DNA of 64,000 nt from Eledone cirrhosa (lineage: Eukaryota). Where the stretch lies: positions 439,580,001-439,644,000 of the forward strand of contig OZ024740.1 of assembly GCA_964016885.1 (NCBI GenBank), read 5' to 3'. Below the pieces are notes generated by a model, which saw only the letters and a program-made list of their open reading frames with translations, did no database searches and was not told the origin of the DNA. Position 1 is the first letter of the stretch, and each line of letters starts with the position of its first letter. Position numbers and translations under genes: made by a program. This document shows positions 47,201 through 59,500 of the stretch, piece after piece.

Positions 47201-49841
47201 TGAGAAACGAGGGAACGAAAGCTGTCAGATGGGCCCGCGTGGCGGAGGCGCAGCGTGGTAATAAAACCACAATTCGGTCTTTAGCGGACCGAGACGGACA
47301 CGAGATAAGCGATTCCAAGCGGATGTGTGAGGCCTTTCGCCAGCACTTTGCTCGGTTGTTCGGGGAGAGTGGCGAGTCAGAGAGAGTAGCGAATTTCAGT
47401 CCCTACCTTGACGGCTTGCCGCGCATCTCGACGGTCGACGCTGAGCGCTGCGAAAGGCCGATTACTTCAGCCGAAATTCAGGATGCCCTTCTCGACTGCA
47501 TGAGGCGGAAGTCACCCGGTTTGGATGGCCTGCCCTACGAGCTTTACGTAAATATGCCAGACTTATTCTCCGAACTCCTCGAAGCACTCTACTGCAACTG
47601 GCAGCAGAATGGGAGTATTCCCAGTACTTTGAGCAGGGGAGTGGTGACGCTGATAAGGAAAGACGAGAACAAGAGGGATACATTAGACAACTTCAAGCCC
47701 ATAACTCTGCTCAACACAGAGTTTAAGATTTTGGCCAAGGTGTTAGCAAAGAGATTGGCGCTTGTCGTCGAGGATTTGGTTGGGGAGGCGCAAACTTGCG
47801 CAATCCCAGCCAGGTCCATACACGACAATCTCCCCCTCATGCGATACATCATAGAGAGGGTAGAGTGTAAACCTGGCTTCGGTGGGGCACTGATCAATTT
47901 AGATCAATCGAAAGCATCGATAGGGTCGACCATCGGTATCTGGAGTTTGTCCTCAAAGCAGCTGGCTTCGGCCCTGTCTTTAGAAGCTGGATCGCTGCAA
48001 TGCACAGTGCCACACGCTCGGTGGTCAAGGTTAATGGCCACCTCTCGGAACCATTTCGGCTCTCCCGATCGGTCCGTCAAGGGTGCCCGCTCTCTTCCCT
48101 TCTGTACGTATTGACTCTCGAGCCTTTACTGCGGAAGCTGGAGCTGTTGCAGGGCATTCCGCTTGAACCGGGACGTGTAAAGGCGGTGTCGGCTTATGCG
48201 GACGACATCACCGTGATGGTGTGGAACACCTCAGAAATCGAGGTGGTCGGCACCTTATTGAAGGAATATGAAAGGTTGACAGGAGCCAAACTTAACCCGG
48301 AAAAATCGGTGGGCTTGCAGCTCGGAACCTGGAGAGGCAAGCCCATGCCGTCCAACAGCGTCGTGTGGCGCTGGACGGACGGACTGGTAAAGTTGCTCGG
48401 GGTTTGGTTCGGACCAGACCTCCAGGTGGAAAAGAATTGGGACGAGGTAACGAGCAGAGTAGCCAGTCTCACCCCAAAAATGGGCTGGGAGGAAGCTGTC
48501 ACTGAAAGGTCGCGCGGAGGTGGCGAATGCGTACATCGCGTCCGTCATCTACTACCGCCTGACCGTCGTGCCTGCCCCCGTCCGCGCCTCGTCAAGTTGG
48601 AACGGATCCTCTTCAAATTCTTGTGGAGGGGACAAGTTCCGCTGGTGAGGCGGTCCATCGGCTGCCAGCACCCTCTACGCGGAGGGCTGGGCATGCCGTG
48701 GCTAATGATGCGCAGACATGCGTTGAGGCTGCGACATCTCCCGATATTCTGCCTCAACGGTGAACATGTGTAGTCGCCGTTTATCAGACGGGCCTTTCCG
48801 CAGCTCATTTCTGTGACTGAGCTGCAGTCCTGGGTCAAGAAGAGACCGAGACTGGGTGACTGGCAACTGGAATGTTGCCAGGCACTCCACTGCCCTCTAC
48901 CAAGCGGGTAATGCGATCAGTGGAACTTCCACTCTCGAGTTCTATAGACGATTAGTGGTGGGCAAGTGCGATGACGCAATCGGAGAAGCTTTGGGCCTCG
49001 ACGAAGTCGAACTGACCAGTCTGTACCGGAGGACCTTTGAACCGGGGACGATGGACTATTTCCAGAAATCCCTCGCTTGGCAGTGCAACCGGGGGGCACT
49101 TCCGGTTTGGGATAAACTCTACAGGCACGGAAGTGCTGTCAGACGGATCTGCCCAAGTTGCGCACAGAACGACGAAACCGTTCTGCACGCACTTGTCCAA
49201 TGTCCGTTCATTACTGACTTGTGGAGTTATGTCTAACAGCTACTGTCGCGTGTGGAACGAATCCGGCTATCGGCCGAGTCCATAGTGAGGATCGATCCAT
49301 CGCCTTCCTAAGGTCAGGAAGAGCAGGAAATTTTCCTCTGTCTGGTGGCAGTTGCGAAAGAGGTTATATGGTGGACCAGGTTAAAAGGATTGAAGACAGA
49401 CACTTTTCTCTTCGGCCAATCCCTCATCAACTTCTTCAAATTTCACCTGGAAAGGAAGGTGAGGGTGGAGAGAGAAGTGCTGCCCCCCAGTACATTTGCT
49501 AAAAGGTGGGTGAATGTGGCGAGAATGGCTCGTGTGAATGGGCCTACTCTGACCATGCGCCTATAGGCTAGCTAACTTGAGGAGAGGGGTGCTCTCCCTG
49601 GGTGCCCTAGAAGCGCAGGGTAATTCAGGATTGGTGGGGTACCCGAGTTACCCCAGGGTCGTCTACCCCCTATCGGGGAATTTATTTTGTTATATTTATG
49701 CATCGATTATTTTATATTTTTATATTTTCATTGTTAAATTAGTCTTGCCATTGTGCAATTTTACTCGACCTTATTGTAAACCCCACTGTCCCTGTCTTTG
49801 TATTGTCCCCTACATGCCGGCCCTTGTGGCTAATAAATGAA
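44219..49841 (+). mobile_element. L1/Tx1-like LINE family C copy 2, full length, decayed
   Basis: ORF1 about 44420-46213 (CFVCGEATHLQAFC); ORF2 46251-49566 in fragments (YADD). Confidence 0.9.
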
Positions 49842-49990
49842 GCCATGCTTTGCAGCACAGTTACGTCCCTTTACAGACTGAGTTCAAAACCCGCCGAGGT
49901 TAACTTTGCCTTTCATCCTTAAGGGGTCGATAAAATAAAGTACCAGTAATACACTGGATATTTGCTGGCCTTGTGCCAAAAGTAGAAACA
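49842..49990 (+). mobile_element. tRNA-derived SINE, 5' truncated
   Basis: B-box GAGTTCAAAAC, body, (ATT)n tail at 49991-50006. Confidence 0.85.
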
Positions 49991-50007
49991 ATTATTATTA
50001 TTATTAC

Positions 50008-50182
50008 TTGGCAGTATCGGTAGAGGGTCAGACGCCATGCTTTCCAGCATAGTTACCTCCCTTTACGATCTGAGTTCAAATCGCGCCGAGGTTGACTTTG
50101 CCTTTCATCCTTACGGGGTCGATAAAATAAAGTACCAGTAATGCACTGGGTAATTGCTGGCCTTGTGCCTAAAGTAGAAACA
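50008..50182 (+). mobile_element. tRNA-derived SINE
   Basis: A-box TGGCAGTATCGG, B-box GAGTTCAAATC, (ATT)n tail at 50183-50206; resembles the Octopus SINE by recall. Confidence 0.87.
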
Positions 50183-50206
50183 ATTATTATTATTATTATT
50201 ATTATT

Positions 50207-53200
50207 GAGTCTGACGGACCTCTTTTTGCTCGCTCCCGTAAGTTTATTTATTTACCTGTCAAAATTTATTTATTGAATTTTTTTGTTGTTGTGTAAGTCA
50301 TACAAGTCATTGGACTTTGCCCTGTGAAGGGGAAAGAATAATATTTGGGCCTTTTGGTCCAAATATTTGAACTCTTTTACATTTTTTAAAATATATCGAA
50401 AAAAAAAAAAAAAAACATGGCTGAAACACGATCCCCAGCGTTATGTCTGCTGTCGTGCGACAACGACGTAGAAGTTGAGAGGAGCGCTACGGCGAAATTA
50501 ACAGAAATTGATACAACAAACACCACCACAAACAATGTAAACAAAGACACCAATGATACCAATGAGAACTCTAATTTTGAAAAAAATGACAGTAACAGCG
50601 ACAACGAAAATACAGATAACCAATAAAAAAATAAAACATGCAACAACAATATCAACACCACTAACATGAAAACAAATAGCGACAACACCAACACCAACAA
50701 TACCAACTGCACCGAGAACAACGGTGGCAACAAAGACAACAATGATAACAGCGACAGTGCTAACAACACCAACAAGAACAACGACAACAACACCCCCAAC
50801 GAAAACAAGAACACTTTCGCTGCGGCAGCAGCAAAAAAGAGGCCATGCTTCAACATGGTCCTCTCAAACAAAGATGAAAAGTTGGCCCAGGCATGGAAGC
50901 TCATCAAGCAAGAGCAAACATGGGCCAACTTAACTGTCCCGGTAGAAGCTATTGAGGCAGTGGAGCGCAGAACGGTGCATTATAGATGCACCTCAGCACA
51001 AACCAAAAGGGCAGCTTTAATCCCACAAGCAGAAGTCGAAGTCGCGCTGAGGTGCATCAGAGAAGACACCGAATACATAGCGAGGGGCAGACAGTACGGC
51101 ACCATTTCGGTGCTGTTTAAGTCAGAAGCCCTCACTATGAAACACGCTATGACTCCTTGCAAAACAAGCAAGGTCATAATGTAGCCCTCCCACATGGGAA
51201 AAAGAATGGCCCGTCTCCGCATTCCCAGAATCCCACCAGGACTTGACATGTGGTGGCTTCTGGGATGTGTGATTGTGGAGGGGGCGGATACCATCCCGAT
51301 AGAAGTGACCAGAACGGCCAGAGAGGACTGGTCCGGGGTTGACCTGGAGATCCTTCTCCAGATCAGGCCCGAGACAATCACAGACCACATCCTTCTTCAG
51401 AATGGGACGGTCATTCATATTATGACCGAAGGCAAAAGGCCGCAGTGTTTTGTTTGTGGGGAAAAAACACATTTGCGAGCCTTCTGCCCTCAAATGCTGA
51501 ACGATGCAAGGGGTCGAAAGGCTCCACTGCTGACGACGCCGGGACGAGGACCACAACCAACACCAGCACCAGCAAAACCACCAACAACAAAACCAATAGA
51601 AAGACCACCACCAACATTGACCACCCAGGGGGGAAACGAGGACAGTTGTCAAATTCGCACTCCCCTCAAAAATACACACAACAATAAAAACATAAACGCA
51701 CACACAGACATATTTACAGACACAGACCCCTCATCTACAAGTAGTGAAGATGAGGGAAAACCAAAGTCCCCCAAAATACAAAAAAGGAAACACAAAAAGG
51801 AAAAAAAAATCAACAAAGCACAAAATCACCCTCAATAAAAAATGCAGACACCACCCACGCAAACATCTCTCCAATAACACCAACATCAACACCACCGTCA
51901 CCATCACCAGAATCCCCCAAAAGCAAACAACCTAAACAGACGCAAGAACAAATATACACACAAACATCTGAAAACACAGACACCGCACTCACAACAAACA
52001 CAGACACAACCGAAACAACACCACCAAAACCATCACCACCACAACCACGCAAACAAATAAAATCACACCAACAAAACATACAAAACTTCGTGCTGGTCAG
52101 GAGGGCCAACAAGGAACTGATGGCCCTCGTAGCACGAAGTGAAAATATACAAAAAGAGGGGGAAATGTTTAAATCGAGCACATTTCGCGTGCCGGAAGTT
52201 TTGGTTCTGGTGCGAATGTCGATCGAATTATACAAAGAAATACGAGACAGCTTTCTTCGGGACGTGGGAACCCCGAACGTAAAACCAACTTCAAGACTTT
52301 TAAAGGGGTTCCTAAAAGAAACCCCACCAACTATGGAGGTCGAACAACCCGACCTTCACAAGAGCCCGGAAGGTAAGTAAACCATTCCTCTCTCTCTTTT
52401 TAACCTGCCAACATGGCCGTATTAAGAGTAGGAAGTTTAAATGTTCGAGGTCTGGGATCGTCCTAGAAGCAGGGTCACCTGCTCAATGACCCCAGGTCTC
52501 TAGAAATGGATGTAATTGCCGTCAGCGAGACCAGTATTTCCAACACGCGCGCACTAGCCCCCATTTTCGACGACTATCAGATCTTTGCATCTATTAGTCG
52601 GCCGGGAATGGGAGGTAGGGTGGCAGTGCTGTTTAGGAAAGGCCTGGATCTCGAGGTAAGGTCGATCTTCCGGGACCCGGACGGGAAGCTGATGGTCCTG
52701 GACGTGAACAATAACGAAGGTGGTGCCTTTAGACTGGTGGCCGTCTATGCTCCTACTGGGGCGCCTGGAAGACTTTCTGTGCACGTCTCGCCTTTTACTG
52801 TTAGCGGGGGACTGGAACGGCATCTTAGACGCACGCTGGGACTGTGTGGGAGTATCCGATAGGAGCGGGGGGTGCAAAAGCCTCAAGAACCTGATCAGCC
52901 AGTTCCAACTGTCTGACAGGTACCGACTAGATTTCCCTAATGCGTCAGTGTGGACCTGAGCTAACCGCATAGGGTCGTCTAGATCGTATATAGACAGGAT
53001 ATTCATTAGAAAAATAGACAGAAATAGTGTAAGCTGTCTACATTTTGAAACGGTCGCCTATTCAGATCACAAGTTTGTGATCTGTATGGTCGACCTAGAT
53101 AAGTCGCGTAGGTTAGGACCTGGTTACTGGAAGCTGAACATGTCATTTCCGGCACGTAAGGCTTACAGGGACCAGGTCAACAATTTAGTTAAGAAAAAGT

Positions 53201-55995
53201 TGACAGGGGGAGTCGATAGAGTTTAGCAAAGAAGTAGCGTTAGAGAAAAATAGAAAGGAGGGGGAGTTGGTAGATAAGTTAGACGAGGCTATTGGTAGTG
53301 GCATTGCAGCTGACGTGCTAGCGGCGAGAATGGCATTAGAACATTTCTTCAATGCGAAACACGAAGGTTGCATTGTCAGAGCTAAGTCGCGTGCTCTGGG
53401 AAACGAGGGAACCAAAGCTGTTCGATGGGCCCGCCTTGCAGAGGCGCAGCGTGGTAATAAAACCGCGATTCGGTCTTTGACGGACTGAGACGGACACTAG
53501 CTGAGCGATTCCAAGCGGATGTGTGAGGCCTTTCACCAACTTTTTGCTCGGTTGTTCGGGGGGAGTGGCGGGTCAGAGATGGTGGCGGACTTCAGTCCCT
53601 ACCTCGAAGGCTTGCCGCAACTCTCGAGGGCTGAAGCTGGGCGCTGCGAAAGGCCAATTACTTCAGCCGATATTCAGGATGCCCTTGTCGGCTGCATAAG
53701 GCGCAAGTCACCCGGTTTGGATGGCCTGCCCTATGAGCTTTACGTAAATATGCCAGACTTGTTCTCCGATCTCCTCGAAGCCCTCTACTGCAACTGGCAG
53801 CAAAACGGGAGTATTCCCAGTTCTGTGAGCCGGGGCGTAGCGACGCTGATAAGGAAAGACGAGAACAAGAGGGATACATTAGACAACTTCAGGCCCATAA
53901 CTCTGCTCAACACAGAGTTTAAGATTTTGGCCAGGGTGTTAGCGAAGAGGTTGGCGCTTGTCGTCGAGGATTTGGTTGGGGAGGCGCAAATTTGCGCAAT
54001 CCTAACCAGGTCTATACACGACAACCTCCACCTAATGCGATACATCATAGAGAGGGTTGGGTGTAAACCTGGCTTCGGTGGGCATCTGATCAATTTAGAT
54101 CAATCGAAAGCATTCGATAGGGTCGACCATCGGTACCTGGAGGGTGTCCTCAAGGCGGCTGGCTTTGGCCCCGTCTTCAAAAGCTGGATCACTGCAATGC
54201 ACAGCGGCACCTGCTTGATGGTCAAAATTAATGGCCACCTCTCGGAACCGCCCAATCGGTCCGTCAAGGGTGTCCGCTCTCCTCTCTTCTGTACGTATTG
54301 ACTCTCGAGCCTTTACTGCGGAAGCTGGAGCTGTTGCAGGGCATCCCGCTCGAACCGGGACGCGGAAAGGCTGGGTCGGCTTATGCGGACGACATCACCG
54401 GGATGGTGTCAGACACCTCAGAAATCGAGGTGGTCGGCAACTTATTGAAGGAATATGAAAGGTTGACGGTAGCAAAACTTAACCCGGAAAAGTCGGTGGG
54501 CTTGCAACTCGGCACTTGGAGATGCAAGTCCATGCCGTCCAACAGCGTCGTTAGGCACTGGGCGGACGGACCGGTAAAGTTGCTAGGGGTTTGGTTCGGG
54601 CCAGACCTCCAGGTGGATAAGAATTGGGACGAGGTGACGGACAGTGTAGCCAGTCTCACTCAGAAATGGGCTGGGATGAAGCTATCAGTGAAAGGTCGGG
54701 CGGAGGTGGCGAACGCGTACATCACGTCCGTCATCTACTACCGTCTGACCGTCGTCCCTTGACCCCGTTCGCGCCTCGCCATCTTGGAGCGGCTCCTCTT
54801 CAAATTCTTGTGTAGGGGTCAGGTTAGCTGGTGAGGCGGTCCATGTGCTGCCAGAACCCTCTACATGGAGGGCTGCGCAGCCACGCGCTGAGGCTGCGGC
54901 ATAATCCAGATAGTCTGCCTAAACGGTGAACAGGTGTGGTCGCCGTTTGTCAGACGGGCCTTTCCGCAGCTCGTTTCTTTGACTGAGCTGCAATCCTGGG
55001 TCAAGAAAAGACCGAGAATGGGTGACTGGCATCTGGAATGTTGCCAGGCACACACTGCCCTCTACCAGGCGGGCAATGCGGTCAGTGGAACTTCCACTCT
55101 CGAGTTCTATAGAGAATTAGTGGTGGGCAATGCGCCGGCGCACTCGGTGAGGCTCTGGGAGTCAACGGAGTCGAACTAACCAGACTGTACCGGAGAACTT
55201 TCGAGCCGGGGACGATGGATAATTTCCAAACATCCATCGCTTGGCAGTGCTACCGGGGGGCACTGCCGGTTCGAGATAAACTCTACAGGCACTGAAGGGC
55301 TGCCAGACGGACCTTCCCGAGATGCGCGCAGAGCGACGAAACCGTTCTGCACGCACTCGTTCAGTGTCCGTGCATTACTGACTTGTGGAGTTATGTTGAA
55401 CAGCTGTTGTCGCGTGTAGAACGGATCCGGCTATCGGCCGAGTCCATAGTGAAGATCGATCCGCCGCCTTCTTTTGGCCAGGAAGGGCAGGCAATGTTCC
55501 TCTGTCTGGTGGCAGTAGCGAAAGAGGTTGTATGGTGGACGAGGTTGAAAGGACTGAAGACAGACACGTTTCTCTTCGGCCAATCCCTCATCAACTTTTT
55601 CAGGTTTCACTTGGAAAGGAAGGTGAGGGTGGAGAGAGAAGTGCTGCTCCCCAGTACATTTGCTAGAGGTGGGTGAATGTGGCGAGAATGGCCCATGTGA
55701 GTGGGCCTACTCTGGTCATGCGGCTGTAGGTAGGTAAATTTGAGGAGGAGAGGGGTGCTCTTCCAGGGTGCTCTCGAAGTGTCGGGTCGTTCAGGATTGT
55801 TGGGGTACCTTAGCGAACACTAGGTGGTCATCCCCCCTTTTGGGGAATTGTTTCTTGTTGTAATTTTATTGTTACTTTATTGTTACTTTGTTATTGTTAT
55901 TCATATTGTTTACTCGATTTTTCTGTAAAACCCCACTGTCCCAGTCTTTTGTATTGTCCCCTATATGTCGGCCCTTGTGGCCAATAAATGAAATC
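50207..55995 (+). mobile_element. L1/Tx1-like LINE variant E (related to C), full length, decayed
   Basis: ORF1 50417-52380 in fragments (CFVCGEKTHLRAFC), ORF2 52413-55729 in fragments (YADD), tail at 55996-56013. Confidence 0.9.
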
Positions 55996-56013
55996 ATTAT
56001 TATTATTATTATT

Positions 56014-56195
56014 GGTGGATTGGCAGTATCGGTAGAGGGTCGGACGCCATGCTTTGCAGCAGAGTTACGGCCCTTTATGGTCTGTGTTCAAATCCTGCCG
56101 AGTTTACCTTTGCCTTTCATCCTTACGAGGTCGATAAAATAAAGTACCAGTAATGCACTGGGATAATTGCTGGCCTTGTGCCAAAAGTAGAAACA
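56014..56195 (+). mobile_element. tRNA-derived SINE, apparently full length
   Basis: Starts GGTGGATTGGCAGTATCGG, B-box GTTCAAATCC, (ATT)n on both sides. Confidence 0.88.
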
Positions 56196-56219
56196 ATTAT
56201 TATTATTATTAATATTATT

Positions 56220-56577
56220 GTTCTTTGAGTTTCAGTCATTGATGTTATTTAACTGGAAAGTTTGTTGAAATGAATATCAAGCCACTACCTTCAGCCTCAG
56301 ATATTCAGGACGTATCGGAGGGTTCTTGCTGTTCCCAGCAAGCATGCCTTTTGAAGTGTTCAAAAAGCGGGGCGGGGCCAATTTTCTTTAACCATCCCCC
56401 ATCCCTGGAAAGTTTTTGAGATAGTACCTAGTGCGCCTATGACAATCGGGACCACTTTGACTTCATGGCAGTTCCAAATCCTTTTTACCTCCCACTTTAA
56501 GTCCTGGTATCGGTTAATTTTCTCTCTCTCCTTCTCTTGCACTCTCGTGTCGAATGGGCAGGCCACATCCACAATCA
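56220..56577 (-). mobile_element. Dong-3 3' fragment
   Basis: Matches 40059-40410; ORF 56360-56629 is the RLE C-terminus. Confidence 0.88.
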
Positions 56578-56589
56578 TCACAATCCTTT

Positions 56590-59500
56590 TGACAAGATCG
56601 CGCAAATAGAGTTTCCCTGAAACCTCCACCCGATTTTTTCAAGGACAGCAGCTACGGACGGTGACCTACCGCACCGTAAGCAAAATCTCACATCGAGTGG
56701 AGGGAGCCACGGAGACTCAAATCCAAAAGGCCTTGGGATGCGTCTGGGCACGCACAACCCACATCACCCGAGGCAGAAAGTACGCCACAGTAGATGTACT
56801 TTTAGCCACCCCCCAGGAAGCAAAGTCTCACTCTTTGGAAACTCTAAAGATTGAGGAGATAGTCTTGGTGCCCTCCTACTGCGGGCAGAAAATTGTGAGG
56901 GTCAAAGTGACCCAGGTCCCACTCGATGTGCCCATACTTTGGCTGGCCGCGTCTGTCCTTGCTGGAATCGAGAACAGGACGACCATGCTGCAAGTAGAAA
57001 AAAATAGGGAGAGAGAACTGGTCAGGTATAGGCATGCAAATGTTTATACAAACTGACCAGGAATGTATCGACGCTATCCCCGATATCATAGACATCGAGG
57101 AAGGACTCCAACTCCCTATAAGTGTAGAAGGAAGACGGCCAAAATGTTATCTCTGTGGGTCGAAGGGTCACCTCAAGGCCTTTTGCCCGCAGTAGACAGC
57201 GAAGAAGGTCCCTCTCCTTCCAATACCTGGTCCGCTGCTACCAAGAGCAGGGCAGGCAACAAACGAAAAAGCCCCTTCCACGGTGATTAGGAGGGCAACG
57301 TCCGTAGCACCCGTACCAAGTCCACGGACAACTAAAGCAGCATCATCAGTGGCGGCAACACCAATAGCTACATTTGAAGTAGCTACACCAGCAACACAAT
57401 TGCCGAAGAGGGCTCCACTACCACCAACAGCCGTGGAGCACATACCACTCCCAGACGCCACAGAATCCGACATGGAGTTTGAGGCAGGAGTGAAGTGGCA
57501 AACGGTCTGCCACAAAACAACAAAAAAGAAAAAAAACCCTTAGATTCACCCTCCAAAAGCGAAGGCATACAAAGAAGGGTAAAGGCAGCAAGGAAACTTG
57601 CAGCAACACCACCACCATCACCACCAAAAACACCAACAACGCAAACACAACAAGACACACACACCAAACAGCAACAAGAAGAAAACAGCAACAAATCACC
57701 CCTCCCCCAAAAAGTACACAGCCATAAACATGGTAAAAAAAGAACTCATACAATATATAAAGCAGCACACAGACATCACAGAAAAAAACTACTACACCCC
57801 ACCAACACCAAGAACTCTACCGACAAATATAAGCATCATCGAAATGTCAATAGAACAGTACAAACCTTTAAAACAAAAATTCCCCAATGTAGTTGGAGAC
57901 TTCAGAGGGTCGGTTACCAAGAGGATATACACTGACATCCTCTTGGAAACACCCATGACCAGCGAAAGGGACGGTTCTACTGTCCCTTCACCGCACGAAC
58001 AAGGTAAGTGACCCTTTCTCACTTGCTCCGTTTCTCATCCAACATGGCCGTACTCAGAATAGGCAGTATAAATGCACGTGGCCTGGGGTCATCTTGGAAG
58101 CAGGGTCACCTGCTCAACGACCTCAGGTCACTAAACATAGATGTGGTGGCCATCAGTGAAACCAGAATCTCCGAAGCACAAGCCTTAGCACCGATCTTCG
58201 GCGGCTACGATGTATACGAATCTCCCAGCTGTCCAGGATCGGGGGGAGGCGTCGCCGCCCTTTTTCGGAGAGGCTTGGATCTCGCGATACGGCCATCTTC
58301 CTAGACCCAGAAGGTAAGTCGGTGGTACTGGACGTGACTGGTAGCGAAGGCAATGTTTTCAGGCTAGTAGCCGTCTACGCCCCAACAGGGGCAGAACGGC
58401 CAGATTTCTTCAGACATCTAGAGACCTTTCTTGAAACGTCCCGCTCTTTAGTGTTAGTGGGCGACTGGAACGGTATCTTGGATGCACGCTGGGATCGTCT
58501 GGGGCTAGTGGATAGGGGAGGAGGGTGCAATAGCTCACCAACCTGATCAGATGTTTTGAATTGTCTGACAGGTATCGACTGGATCACCCGAATGTGCCAA
58601 TGTGGACATGGACAGACCGCATCGGGTCATCCAGATCGTATCTCGATAGGGTATTCTGCAGAGAACTAGATAAGGCTAGTATAAGTTGTCCACAATTTAA
58701 AATAGTTGATACACAGACCACAAATTTGTGATCTGTGAGATCGACATAGACAGACTTCATAGACAAGGGCCTGGTTACAGGAAGCTGAACGCGACTTTCC
58801 CGGTGCGCAAAGCCTAGAGAGACCGGATTAGCGTATTAGTTAAGCGGGCGTTGACGGGAGCGATCTTCAACAACAGGTGGTGGTTCGCCCTGAAAAGGGC
58901 AATTAACGTAGAGTCAATTAGGTTTAGCAAAGGAGTAGTGATAGAGGAAAATAGAGTAGAGGGAGAGCTAGTCAGAAAGCTAGAAGAGGCATTTAGGACA
59001 GGCATCGCAACCGACGTGCTTGCGGCGAGATTGGCACTCGACCAATTCTTCAACGCAAAACACGAAGGCTGAGTTGTCAGAGCTAGAGCGCGTGCTCTGA
59101 AACACGAGGTGACAAAAGCCGTCCAATAGGCCCGGGTGGCAGAGGCGCGACGTGGCAACAAAGCCACAATTCGGTCTTTGTCTGACCAAAACGGGTGCGT
59201 GATGCTCGAACCCGAGCGTATGTGTGAAGCGTTTCAGCAGAACTTTGCTGAACTGTTCGGGAGCGGCGGCGGCCCGGATCGGAGCATGGACTTCAGTGCA
59301 TACTTCGACGGACTGTCTCGGCTCTCGACGACCGCAGCACAGTGTTGCGAAAAGCCAATAACAGCCGGTGAAATACGGGAAGCGATGGGTAACTGCACAA
59401 GGAGTAAATCGCCAGGTTTGGATGGTCTGCCCTACGAGCTTTATGCATTTATGCCAGACTTGTTAGGTGGCCTCTTGGCAGACGTCTACTGCAACTGGCA

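Noticed and set aside
50008-50090. tRNA gene
   Set aside because: A and B boxes are present but I see no intact cloverleaf; it continues into a repeated body and tail, so it is a SINE.
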